Of a DNA stretch of 33,942 nucleotides, positions 25,968-33,942 are shown in pieces. The notes under the pieces are model-generated. The model saw only the letters and a program-made list of their open reading frames with translations. It was not told where the DNA came from and did no database searches. Position numbers and translations under genes: made by a program. The DNA comes from an uncultured Candidatus Saccharibacteria bacterium (lineage in GTDB: Bacteria; Patescibacteriota; UBA1384; XYA2-FULL-43-10; 1-14-0-10-43-13): contig CAYIJI010000001.1 in the NCBI GenBank assembly GCA_964363695.1, forward strand, positions 1 to 33,942. Reading direction: 5' to 3'. The number at the start of each line of letters is the position of its first letter. The first letter of the stretch is position 1.

Positions 25968-26717
25968 TCAGTGTGCTTCTGCTGAATGGTCTGTAATTGC
26001 CATCTTTATAAATACCAGTGTTAACATTGTAAATACAAGCGCTTGGATGAATCCGACAAAAAGCTCCAAGCCATAAAAGGGAAGCGGTCCGACGAAAGGC
26101 AGGAGCATCGCGATGACAGCAAGAAGCACTTCTCCTGCAAAAACATTGCCGAATAACCTGAAGGAAAAGGAGATAATTCGGGAAAGTTCGGAGATGAATT
26201 CCAAGATTCCGACAAAAAACATAATCGGGCTGGAAAAATTTAAAAATTTACCGCCGTATTTAATGGCTCCTATCGCTAGTATGCCAAAGATTTGAATTGA
26301 AATTACAGCAATGATGGCCAGTGCTAAAGTAGTATTTAAATCGGCATTTCCTGATCTCAAAAGCGGTACAAAAACTTCTTTTCCATTATGAATTTCATGC
26401 AAACCGATTGTACCGATGCCGGGAAGCAGTCCTAGCCAGTTATTGGTTATAATGAATAGAAAAATGGTGGCGACTAAAGGAAAATATTTTTTAGACTGCT
26501 CTTTGTTGTCCATCACACTGTTGACAGTACCGATGAGGAATTCAATTGTCAGCTCAAAGAAGTTCTGGATTCCCTTTGGGATTTGTTTTAATTTCCGGGT
26601 TGCAAAAAGTGTGAGCACAATAAGCAAAAGAGTCGCGATCCAGCTTGTTAGCATCGAGTTTGTAATTGGCATTGGGCCAATATGTCCAATTTTTTCAGCA
26701 GCTAAAGATATTTCCAT
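25968..26717 (-). CDS. atpB: Fo ATP synthase a subunit
   Basis: Polytopic, with SFSFRLFGNVFAGE containing the conserved Arg. Confidence 0.9.
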   Translation of the reverse strand: MEISLAAEKIGHIGPMPITNSMLTSWIATLLLIVLTLFATRKLKQIPKGIQNFFELTIEFLIGTVNSVMDNKEQSKKYFPLVATIFLFIITNNWLGLLPGIGTIGLHEIHNGKEVFVPLLRSGNADLNTTLALAIIAVISIQIFGILAIGAIKYGGKFLNFSSPIMFFVGILEFISELSRIISFSFRLFGNVFAGEVLLAVIAMLLPFVGPLPFYGLELFVGFIQALVFTMLTLVFIKMAITDHSAEAH

Positions 26718-26784
26718 AATTTTCTAAGTTATCAGTTCTCAGTAAATCAGTTGTCAGTTAATTATTAATATTTATAGGCATCTT

Positions 26785-26879
26785 GTCATTCTGAATCCGA
26801 ATTCAGGATGAAGAATCTAGCGAAGCGTTACTATTAGATCGTTTTACTAGATCCTTCGCAAGCTCCACTCAGGATGACA
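26785..26879. repeat. Intergenic GTCATTCTGAA...TCAGGATGACA palindromic element
   Basis: gtcattctgaatccgaattcaggatgaagaatctag...tagatccttcgcaagctccactcaggatgaca. Its in-frame homologue is at 2479-2559. Confidence 0.75.
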
Positions 26880-26889
26880 GATGATTATA

Positions 26890-27144
26890 TTAATTGTTAT
26901 TAAATTCTTTTATCGCCTGTTGTACGATTTTTCTTAAAGTAAAATAAACAATTATTGTAGCAAGACACAAACCAGCCAGTAACAAATAAGGGGTTGTCCC
27001 CAATTTATTATCCAAGTATCTTCCCAGAAGACTAAAGAAAACCAAGGGAAGAGCAGTTGCAAAACCAACCTGCCCGATTAATGAAAAAGAAAAAATTATA
27101 CTCTTTTTCAAAGAATCATCTTTTTTTCTTTCATTTTTATTCAA
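26890..27144 (-). CDS. AtpZ/AtpI-like small membrane protein preceding the atp operon
   Basis: 84 aa with two TM segments (SLIGQVGFATALPLVFFSLLGRYLD ... YLLLAGLCLATIIVYF). Apparent TTG start. Confidence 0.55.
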   Translation of the reverse strand: MNKNERKKDDSLKKSIIFSFSLIGQVGFATALPLVFFSLLGRYLDNKLGTTPYLLLAGLCLATIIVYFTLRKIVQQAIKEFNNN

Positions 27145-27289
27145 ATCTAAGTTTAGGCTATCATCTCCACCAATCGAGTGTCAATATAGGGGACGGTTGA
27201 CGGGAATATTAAAATATGTTAAGAGGTTGAATAATTAAGGTAAATTCTGTAAGCTATAATTTATTAAAAAATATAATGAAGGGAGCAAT

Positions 27290-27694
27290 ATGGAGCATTT
27301 GCATTCATGGGATGTTTTGGCTGTCAGCTGTATAGACGGCAGGTTTATTAAGAGAACAATCGATTGGATTTCAAATAAAACCAAAGGAATTTTTGATTTT
27401 AGGACAGAAGTAGGGGCTTCTAAGGCTATTTTAGACTCAGAGGAAGACAGGGAGAGATTTTTTGGCGTAGTCGAGACATCATTAAAACTTCATAATATTA
27501 AAGAAGTCTGGTTAATTGATCATATTGATTGCGGCGCGTATGAAGGAAGCAAAAAGCATAGCAGTGAAGAAGAGGAAGAAAAATTTCACGTCGAGAAGCT
27601 TAAGGAAGCAGGAGAAATCATTAAAGCTAAGTATCCGCAGCTTTCAGTGAAAAAAGTGTATGTCGATTGGAAGACGGTTAATGTTATAGAATAG
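27290..27694 (+). CDS. Hypothetical protein with a beta-carbonic-anhydrase-like CxDxR ... HxxCG zinc motif
   Basis: SCIDGR, GIFDFRTEVGAS and LIDHIDCGAY resemble the beta-CA ligand pattern. At 134 aa it is shorter than canonical enzymes. RBS GGGAG. Confidence 0.4.
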   Translation: MEHLHSWDVLAVSCIDGRFIKRTIDWISNKTKGIFDFRTEVGASKAILDSEEDRERFFGVVETSLKLHNIKEVWLIDHIDCGAYEGSKKHSSEEEEEKFHVEKLKEAGEIIKAKYPQLSVKKVYVDWKTVNVIE

Positions 27695-27795
27695 GGAGTT
27701 ATTAGACAGGCTCTTAGACATCTCCTTTTTTGTGTTCTTCCTACTGCTCTGGAAAGCTCAGTAGCAGAGAGCGCAACTTCAAGGAGGAAATGTAA

Positions 27796-28434
27796 GTGTC
27801 AAAAGAAGTGGCGGGAGTGTTTTTGGGTTGTTCGGATCCAAGAGAAGAAGTGGATAGTAAAATCATCTGCCGAGGGGCTAGTCTGCTTTGCAAGCCTATG
27901 CCGGGAGTCGACTTTGGCGATCCACACAAACTCTTGGAGTACTGGAGGGAGTACGCAGATCCGGAGTGGGTGGCCATCTTTGGCCCTCACAAGGAGTGCC
28001 ATTGGCATCCGACTGAGGATGCTGCGGTAATGCATGCATGGGACTACGCCGAGCATTTCAACAGGAACGGCGTGTCATCTGCGTGCGTTCTGCTGGGCGA
28101 CCAGCCCGAGATGGTTTTGAATCACCTTAACGGGCATCCAATTGAGGAGCGGCTCCATGGGTTGTTCAAGAAGTCGGGTTGGGGGCTCGTCCACGGCGCA
28201 TATGCCGAAGCGGTCCATATTGGACAGCACTTCAAGTCAATGTGCTGGCCTCGGGTCTTGCGTCTTTCCAGCCCGTTCATCACGGACGCGATCGTGTCTC
28301 GGATTGGCAAGGTGCTGGATACTTTCCGGCGCGATCAGGTATTGCCTGTTCGTTTCTCGGAAGAAGTATCCGTTGACGAACGCCAGCGGTTAATAGAGCT
28401 CTTTTTGAGCCACGAACTACCGGTAGCAGCATAG
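27796..28434 (+). CDS. GC-rich hypothetical protein (GTG start)
   Basis: 212 aa, with AAGGAGG 8 nt before the GTG. It is much GC-richer than its flanks. The N-terminus has GCSDPR ... GPHKECH, a weak echo of the neighbouring gene's motif. Its 3' end is duplicated at 30026-30141. Confidence 0.65.
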   Translation: MSKEVAGVFLGCSDPREEVDSKIICRGASLLCKPMPGVDFGDPHKLLEYWREYADPEWVAIFGPHKECHWHPTEDAAVMHAWDYAEHFNRNGVSSACVLLGDQPEMVLNHLNGHPIEERLHGLFKKSGWGLVHGAYAEAVHIGQHFKSMCWPRVLRLSSPFITDAIVSRIGKVLDTFRRDQVLPVRFSEEVSVDERQRLIELFLSHELPVAA

Positions 28435-28466
28435 CTTTGCTGCATCATCTCTTTTAGGGGAAATAT

Positions 28467-28501
28467 GAGGCTGCCAATCTGGCAGCCTCTGTTCTGTTTT
28501 T
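28467..28501 (+). terminator. Intrinsic terminator
   Basis: gaggctgcca / atc loop / tggcagcctc forms a 10-bp stem, then tgttctgttttt. Confidence 0.65.
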
Positions 28502-28582
28502 ATTAAGATAAAATTATTTTGTTGCACAATAAAATTGTTTAAATGTATGCTAGAACAGATAAATCAAAATAAAAGGGGATAA

Positions 28583-29944
28583 ATGAGAAAATTTAAATTC
28601 GCTTTGCCAATAATCGTTTTATTATATTTTTTTATTGGAGCTTTCTTTTTTATTTCTCCGTTTTCAGCAGATGAATCGGAAATCCCAATGAAACCGATAA
28701 TTTATGGTTTTGGAATATATGCACTTCTTGATGAAAGTCCTGTTTTTGGTGTTGAATTATATAATCCGCCATTGAATTTGGCAGAATATCCAGAGAACTC
28801 AGATGCATGGGTTGGAGAAAAAATTTGTTCTATCGATACAAGCCTAACTTTCCCAAAAGATTTAGTTGAGATTCAATCAGTTAGTTTTATAGTAGATGGC
28901 GCCAATAATTATTCAAATGAGACAGGAACAATAAATTTCAAAGGAACTCTCTCCGGCTGTAAAACAGAAATGTTTATTCCTCTTTTCAGTGTAATATTTA
29001 AACCAAAGCAAGTTAGTCAAGGTGAAATTCATTTCACAAAATTGGTGGTCACAGGAGGAAGTGACGAATCAATTGTGATTTCGAGTGAAATGGGCGGGGA
29101 TGCGCATGTTGAAATTGCTTCAGCCGATGCATATAATCCGAATCAGGTGACTGAAGATCCTCTTCCAGAACTTCCGGCGAATATTCCTGCGCCTATACCC
29201 AAAACAGAGACCAAGTCTGCCCCCAAAAAAACTACTAGTTCCTCGAGTGCTTCGACGAAGACCGAAGCAAAAACTGAAAACAATGCTTTTAAGACTCCGA
29301 CATTAACCGAGCTGGAATTCAGTGCAAACGCAGTGTTAGATAAATCAATTGGCAAAAGTAAAGGGGTAGTTTTTACGGGAACAGCTGAGCCAAATAGCAA
29401 AGTTTATCTTTTAATTAATAGTCAAAGTGAACTATATACCGACACGATTTCTGGAGCCGATGGTGTTTGGTCTAAAACAGTTGATAGTTGGCTTGAAGAT
29501 GCTACTCATACGGTAACAGTTTGGTCGGAAAAGGATAATAAAACCAGTCCAAAATACAGTTCAAAGTTTGTAGTTTCAAGCTTTTCAAAAAGTCAGATAG
29601 CAATAGGTGATACCTATCCAAAAGTACAAGTTGAAAATACAGCAAATACAGATTCAACCACTAAGAAAAAGAGCAAATTAGATACTCTGATTAAGAATAA
29701 ATTTTTCTGGGTCTATATTGGCATCGGATTGATCCTAATTGTCATAATGATTATTTTATTTGTTAAATCTCGCAGTAAAAAGAATGACTCTGATGATAAC
29801 GATCCAAATGGCGGGATAGGCGGCGGTATTTCGTCTAGCCTGCTGCCGCAAAATATGTCGCCCCGTAATCCAGCTATGCATGAACAAGCGAATACCACCT
29901 ATCCTAATCCTAATCCTAATCCTAATCCTAATGCAGATCTCTAA
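28583..29944 (+). CDS. Predicted surface protein: signal peptide, S/T/K-rich linker, Ig-like segment, C-terminal TM anchor, (PN)5 tail
   Basis: N-terminus FKFALPIIVLLYFFIGAFFFISPFSA; linker PKTETKSAPKKTTSSSSASTKTEAK; GTAEPNSKVYLLINS...DGVWSKTV...THTVTVWS; TM segment FFWVYIGIGLILIVIMIILFV. Confidence 0.65.
   Translation: MRKFKFALPIIVLLYFFIGAFFFISPFSADESEIPMKPIIYGFGIYALLDESPVFGVELYNPPLNLAEYPENSDAWVGEKICSIDTSLTFPKDLVEIQSVSFIVDGANNYSNETGTINFKGTLSGCKTEMFIPLFSVIFKPKQVSQGEIHFTKLVVTGGSDESIVISSEMGGDAHVEIASADAYNPNQVTEDPLPELPANIPAPIPKTETKSAPKKTTSSSSASTKTEAKTENNAFKTPTLTELEFSANAVLDKSIGKSKGVVFTGTAEPNSKVYLLINSQSELYTDTISGADGVWSKTVDSWLEDATHTVTVWSEKDNKTSPKYSSKFVVSSFSKSQIAIGDTYPKVQVENTANTDSTTKKKSKLDTLIKNKFFWVYIGIGLILIVIMIILFVKSRSKKNDSDDNDPNGGIGGGISSSLLPQNMSPRNPAMHEQANTTYPNPNPNPNPNADL
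29903..29932 (+). repeat. (CCTAAT)5 hexanucleotide tandem repeat, in frame (PNPNPNPNPN)
   Basis: Five perfect units, read directly from the sequence. Confidence 0.95.
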
Positions 29945-29962
29945 TAGTGAAATAAATAACCC

Positions 29963-30141
29963 ATGAGCAAAGTAGCTAAAATATTTTCAGCGGCGACGGT
30001 TGGACTGGACTCATATCTCGTTGAGGTGTCAACCGACGAACGCTAGCGTTTAACAGAGCTCTTTTCGAGCTACAATTTACTGGTAGCAGCATAGCATTTG
30101 TTGCTTCGCTTTTAGGGTACTGCCGATTCTTGGCAGCCTCT
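29963..30141 (+). pseudogene. Chimeric remnant: a copy of the comM 5' end fused to a copy of the 3' end and terminator of gene 27796-28434
   Basis: 29963-30028 (MSKVAKIFSAATVGLDSYLVEV) parallels 31049-31114 (MNKVAKIFSAATVGLNSFLVEV). 30035-30141 parallels 28375-28490 at roughly 80% identity and has an in-frame TAG (cgc tag cgt). Confidence 0.7.
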
Positions 30142-30176
30142 ATTTATTTAAAAAGCATTTATAGTACAATAAAAGC

Positions 30177-31052
30177 ATGCAAAATAATGAAATCGCATTA
30201 TTTGAAAAAAGAAAAATCAGAAGAGTTTGGCACCATGAAGAATGGTGGTTTTCTGTTATTGATGTGTGTGAAGCGCTAACAGATAGTGTTGACGCTGGAG
30301 CGTATTGGAGGAAATTAAAACAAAGGCTATTAAAAGAAGGGAGCGAGGTCGTGACATTTTGTCACGGACTGAAATTAGAGGCTTCTGACGGTAAAAAATA
30401 TGAAACTGATTGTGCCAATACTGAAGGGATTTTCCGAATTATTCAGTCCATTCCCTCGCCAAAAGCAGAACCATTTAAGCGATGGCTATCCAAAGTTGGT
30501 TATGAAAGGGTGCGAGAAATAGCCGATCCTGAATTGGCGATGAATCGGGCTAAGGAATTTTACAAGAAAAAAGGGTATTCAAGAGAATGGATAGATAAAA
30601 GACTTCGTGGAATCAATGTAAGGCAAACCTTGACCGACGAGTGGGACGACAGGGGGATTAAAAATAGCATGGAATATGCAATTTTGACAAACGAAATTAT
30701 GACTGGTGCTTTCGATATGGATGCGCGGAATTACAAAGAGTTTAAAGGATTAAAACAGGAGAATCTTCGCGACCATATGGATGACATGGAATTAATTTTA
30801 ACGATGTTAGCCGAGGCAACGACTACAAAGTTGCATCGAGATCGTGATTCCAAGGGTTTTGTGAAAATTAAAAATGATGCAAGCGACGGCGGGCGGATTA
30901 CGGGAGAAACTCGCAGAAAAATTGAAAAAACTTCAGGTAAACCCATTTCTACAAGTAATAATTATTTAAACAAATCCGAAATGTCGGATCGAATTTCATT
31001 AAAGTCTTCTACAAATAGGTTAAAAAGTGAACGGCAACAGGAGGATGGTTGA
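30177..31052 (+). CDS. Bro-N domain protein (phage antirepressor / DinD-like)
   Basis: FEKRKIRRVWHHEEWWFSVIDVCEALTDS...NTEGIFRIIQSIPSPKAEPFKRWL is a typical Bro-N pattern. The stop codon overlaps the TTG start of comM. Confidence 0.75.
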   Translation: MQNNEIALFEKRKIRRVWHHEEWWFSVIDVCEALTDSVDAGAYWRKLKQRLLKEGSEVVTFCHGLKLEASDGKKYETDCANTEGIFRIIQSIPSPKAEPFKRWLSKVGYERVREIADPELAMNRAKEFYKKKGYSREWIDKRLRGINVRQTLTDEWDDRGIKNSMEYAILTNEIMTGAFDMDARNYKEFKGLKQENLRDHMDDMELILTMLAEATTTKLHRDRDSKGFVKIKNDASDGGRITGETRRKIEKTSGKPISTSNNYLNKSEMSDRISLKSSTNRLKSERQQEDG

Positions 31053-32584
31053 ACAAGGTAGCTAAAATATTTTCGGCGGCCACAGTTGGGCTGAATTCTT
31101 TTCTTGTTGAAGTTGAGGTCGACATTGGAGCCGGGCTTCCTTCTTTTACTATAGTAGGGCTTCCCGATAAGGCGATTGACGAAAGCAAAGAAAGAATTCG
31201 GGCGGCGATCAAAAATTCCGAAGTCAATTTTCCCCAGCATCGACTTACTATCAATTTGGCGCCGGCCGACGTTAAGAAAGAGGGGCCCAGTTTTGACCTG
31301 CCGATGGCGGTCGGGATATTGCTCGCCGGTGAGCAGCTGGAACAGGTTGCTGAATACAAGAAATCTTTTTTTGTCGGTGAACTTTCACTCAATGGCGAGC
31401 TCCGCCATGTGAATGGAATTTTGCCGATCGTATTATTTGCACTAAAAAATGGCTACGAGCGGGTTTTTTTGCCGGAAGTCAATGCCTACGAGGCATCGCT
31501 CATTACGGGAATTGAAATAGTGCCGGTTAAATCTTTGAAACAGTTGATTTCACATTTAAGGAGCGAAGAAATCATAAAAGCTCATAAGCATGTAAGCAAG
31601 AAAGCAAGTAAGCAGGAAAGCGGAGAATATGATTTTTGCTATGTTGCGGGGCAGGAGCAGGTAAAAAGGGCGCTGGAGATTGCAGCAGCTGGGAATCATA
31701 ATATTCTTTTATCCGGGCCCCCGGGGTCGGGTAAAACTTTACTGGCCCGCAGTATCACAACCATTCTGCCCGACATGGATGAAGAGGAAATGCTCGACGT
31801 TACAAAGATTTATTCAGTTGCAGGGATGTTTAATGGCGACAGGGAAACTTTGATATCAAGGCGGCCGTTTCGTTCTCCACATCATACAACTTCGAGTGTG
31901 GCCTTGATTGGCGGAGGGCAATGGCCTCGGCCCGGAGAAATTAGTCTTTCTCATCGAGGTGTTCTGTTTCTAGATGAATTTCCTGAGTTTCCAAGAAGTG
32001 TGCTAGAAGCGTTGCGTCAGCCGTTGGAAGACGGAGTTGTTACAGTCTCAAGAGCTCAAGGCAGCTTAACCTTTCCGGCGGAATTTTTGTTGGTTGCAGC
32101 GCAAAACCCTTGCCCTTGCGGCTATCAATCTGATCCCGATAAACGGTGCATTTGCTCTCCGATCCAGATAATGCGGTACCAGAAAAAGATTTCCGGTCCG
32201 CTTTTGGATAGAATTGACATCCATATTGAGGTCCCACGGCTTAAGTATGATAAATTGACTAGCAAAAAAGTAGCCGAAGAGTCTAAAAATGTTAAAAAAA
32301 GAGTTCAAGAGGCGAGGGATATCCAAGCCAAGAGGTTTAAAGGTTTGAAAACAAAGGCGAATTCAGGGATCAGCGCACGGGAAATAAAAGAATTCTGTAA
32401 ATTAGACAAGGAAGCGGAGAAGATCATCGCAAATGCGGTTGAGCAGATGAAGCTTTCTGCTCGGGTTTACCATCGTCTATTGAAAATCGCCCGAACAATT
32501 GCCGACCTAGAAAAAACGGAAAATATTCAAGCGAACCATGTTGCGGAAGCCCTCCAATATAGACCTAAAGAGAAAGTTTATTAA
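31049..32584 (+). CDS. comM: Mg-chelatase-like ATPase ComM/YifB
   Basis: The N-terminal Lon-protease-like part (GLPSFTIVGLPDKAIDESKERI), Walker A GPPGSGKT, Walker B VLFLDE, a Zn-ribbon-like CPCGY...CIC and the C-terminal HVAEALQYR. Apparent TTG start. Contains an in-frame TAAGC array at 31577-31621 (KAHKHVSKKASKQES). Confidence 0.9.
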   Translation: MNKVAKIFSAATVGLNSFLVEVEVDIGAGLPSFTIVGLPDKAIDESKERIRAAIKNSEVNFPQHRLTINLAPADVKKEGPSFDLPMAVGILLAGEQLEQVAEYKKSFFVGELSLNGELRHVNGILPIVLFALKNGYERVFLPEVNAYEASLITGIEIVPVKSLKQLISHLRSEEIIKAHKHVSKKASKQESGEYDFCYVAGQEQVKRALEIAAAGNHNILLSGPPGSGKTLLARSITTILPDMDEEEMLDVTKIYSVAGMFNGDRETLISRRPFRSPHHTTSSVALIGGGQWPRPGEISLSHRGVLFLDEFPEFPRSVLEALRQPLEDGVVTVSRAQGSLTFPAEFLLVAAQNPCPCGYQSDPDKRCICSPIQIMRYQKKISGPLLDRIDIHIEVPRLKYDKLTSKKVAEESKNVKKRVQEARDIQAKRFKGLKTKANSGISAREIKEFCKLDKEAEKIIANAVEQMKLSARVYHRLLKIARTIADLEKTENIQANHVAEALQYRPKEKVY

Positions 32585-32597
32585 GAGGACAAGCAGA

Positions 32598-32621
32598 AGC
32601 CGTGACGGATGTGCCACGGCT
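32598..32621. terminator. Shared hairpin between the convergent comM and 32648-33010 genes
   Basis: agccgtg ... cacggct forms a 7-bp stem. A T-run follows on the plus strand (tctttttg). Confidence 0.5.
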
Positions 32622-32647
32622 CTGAGTAGTTCTTTTTGACTGACCAA

Positions 32648-33010
32648 CTATGGTCCAGCCAATGACTTGGCGGCGTACGGAGCACCGCAAGGTGCAAGGC
32701 TTCTCCCAAAGGGAGTTGCTTCGCCTTTGCACCGAACGTGGTAAAGGAGCTTATCCTCCACCTGTACGCAGTCGAGAATGCACTTGCCGCCATCGATGAT
32801 GGCAGACAAGCCGGCTTTCATCGGCCGTATGAGCATCTCGACTGCCTTGAGATACGCCAGCTCGCTCGGGATCACAATCCTGCCGGATTGTGATGATTCC
32901 ACGACCTTAATTGCTTGGTCCAGCTTTTTGGGGAGAACTATCTCCTCACGACTGGTTCCTGCAACTAAGGTACTCATCGATACACTTCCCGCTTTCCCTG
33001 TAACTTCCAT
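32648..33010 (-). CDS. GC-rich hypothetical protein
   Basis: I prefer the start at MEVTGKAG (AGAGGGA RBS 5 nt upstream) to the ORF-track start at 33055. No family recognised. Confidence 0.55.
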   Translation of the reverse strand: MEVTGKAGSVSMSTLVAGTSREEIVLPKKLDQAIKVVESSQSGRIVIPSELAYLKAVEMLIRPMKAGLSAIIDGGKCILDCVQVEDKLLYHVRCKGEATPFGRSLAPCGAPYAAKSLAGP

Positions 33011-33028
33011 GTTATCCCTCTTTCGACT

Positions 33029-33043
33029 CTGGCAGTCTGCCAG
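33029..33043. promoter_or_regulatory. Perfect 15-bp palindrome in the leader of gene 32648-33010 (possible operator)
   Basis: ctggcagtctgccag lies between the predicted -10 element and the RBS. Confidence 0.35.
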
Positions 33044-33057
33044 TTGATATAGCAAAA

Positions 33058-33086
33058 AGAATACCGATTCTTGACCAGTTTGTCAA
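33058..33086 (-). promoter_or_regulatory. Sigma70-type promoter for gene 32648-33010
   Basis: On the minus strand: TTGACA (complement 33081-33086), a 17-nt spacer, then TATTCT (complement 33058-33063). Confidence 0.5.
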
Positions 33087-33109
33087 TTAGTGCGTTTGCT
33101 GATTAATTT

Positions 33110-33448
33110 CTACAAGGTTTGAATATTGGCGATTTTGTAAATCCAATCGCCGAACGAGCTTAGAACATTGGTTTTTGATCCGAGGAAATAGATTACTATG
33201 AAAATCAAAGACAGGAGGAAGATGATGAATACTATCTTTCTCACATCTTTTTTCACATGCTTTGAGTGTGAGTATGATTCATCGGTATTTTGTGAATGAG
33301 TTTTTTCCGCAGAAATTTGCTTGCCTGAAATTGAATCTTCAGCCATAACGGGATCAGAAGAAGTAAAATCTGTTGTTTCCATTCTTTCGGGTTGAGATGA
33401 CAGCTGCGGTTTATTTTTCTTAAATTTCCTGGTTTTCTTTTTAGACAT
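33110..33448 (-). CDS. Hypothetical single-pass membrane protein
   Basis: Basic N-terminus (MSKKKTRKFKKNK) and TM segment IVFIIFLLSLIFIVIYFLG. Confidence 0.5.
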   Translation of the reverse strand: MSKKKTRKFKKNKPQLSSQPERMETTDFTSSDPVMAEDSISGKQISAEKTHSQNTDESYSHSKHVKKDVRKIVFIIFLLSLIFIVIYFLGSKTNVLSSFGDWIYKIANIQTL

Positions 33449-33473
33449 AATATTTTAATCCATTTAGACAAAT

Positions 33474-33547
33474 TGGAGGTCTGGCCCGGACTTGAACCGG
33501 GGTACGCGGTTTTGCAGACCGCTGCCTAACCACTCGGCCACCAGACC
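33474..33547 (-). tRNA. tRNA-Cys (anticodon GCA), CCA encoded
   Basis: The reverse complement reads ggtctgg...gcggt-ctgcaaa-accgc...cccgg-ttcaagt-ccggg-ccagacc-t-cca, with discriminator U as expected for Cys. Confidence 0.85.
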
Positions 33548-33666
33548 TTGGTGTTTTATTCGGCGGTGCCACGTGAATCGAGCCGTAACTGTGCTTATTA
33601 GCCCCGTAAAATGGCAAGCCATCACGGGGCACGTAAAAATTTCGCTTATAACGCTCGATTTTTACG

Positions 33667-33741
<75 letters not shown>

Positions 33742-33823
33742 ACGTCGATACCGACGTTATCGTAGCACAAAAGCCTTGAATTTTTCAATAAGATGAACTA
33801 GAATATATTTAGTAAATTAATTT

Positions 33824-33897
33824 GCGGGTATCGTATAGCGGTATTATACGTCCTTGCCAAGGATGAGATACGGGTTCGACTCCCGTTACCCGCTCCA
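33824..33897 (+). tRNA. tRNA-Gly (anticodon GCC), CCA encoded
   Basis: Acceptor gcgggta/tacccgc, anticodon arm cgtcc-ttgccaa-ggatg, T arm acggg-ttcgact-cccgt. I could not resolve the D arm cleanly by eye. Confidence 0.8.
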
Positions 33898-33942
33898 CGT
33901 AAAAAATCGAACCAAAGTGAGATTTTTGAAGTGTCACGTGAG

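Noticed and set aside
32648-33055. I considered a second DGR target (remote VR) among the other GC-rich genes (27796-28434 and 32648-33055).
   Set aside because: By eye I found no further copy of the TR 3' core gtggcggcttccgtccaggga, nor of tggcaacccgct, anywhere else in the window. A computed search should confirm this.

Overview
AT-rich bacterial chromosome segment. Spot counts of single 60-nt lines give about 28-40% G+C in housekeeping DNA. Gene content is compact and housekeeping: iscS-iscU-folD, mnmA-recG-comEA, an ABC exporter, miaA-glmS, a complete F1Fo atp operon on the minus strand, comM, and four tRNAs. Intergenic DNA is crowded with small palindromic MITE-like repeat families, and many copies sit in frame inside essential genes. 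The repeats, the insertion-laden proteins and a four-helix-bundle gene fit a Patescibacteria/CPR-type genome, but that is inference only. The main find is a complete diversity-generating retroelement (DGR) between folD and mnmA. It has a GC-rich target gene (4681-5604) whose 3' variable repeat (VR, 5472-5585) matches a template repeat (TR, 5932-6045), with every mismatch at a TR adenine, and a DGR-type reverse transcriptase (6076-7203). This DGR is unusual in three ways. No avd gene lies next to it, although an Avd-family four-helix-bundle gene sits about 7 kb away in an inverted-repeat-flanked cassette that splits the ABC operon. The RT gene carries an in-frame (GA)11 microsatellite. The target protein has no recognisable export signal. 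Other notable items are a candidate c-di-GMP-I (GEMM-I) riboswitch in front of a zinc-ribbon ORF, several GC-rich single-gene islands with consensus sigma70-type promoters and terminators, interleaved duplications at the 5' end of comM next to a Bro-N gene, and inverted 25-nt repeats bracketing the atp operon. No CRISPR array, rRNA, transposase or integrase was seen.
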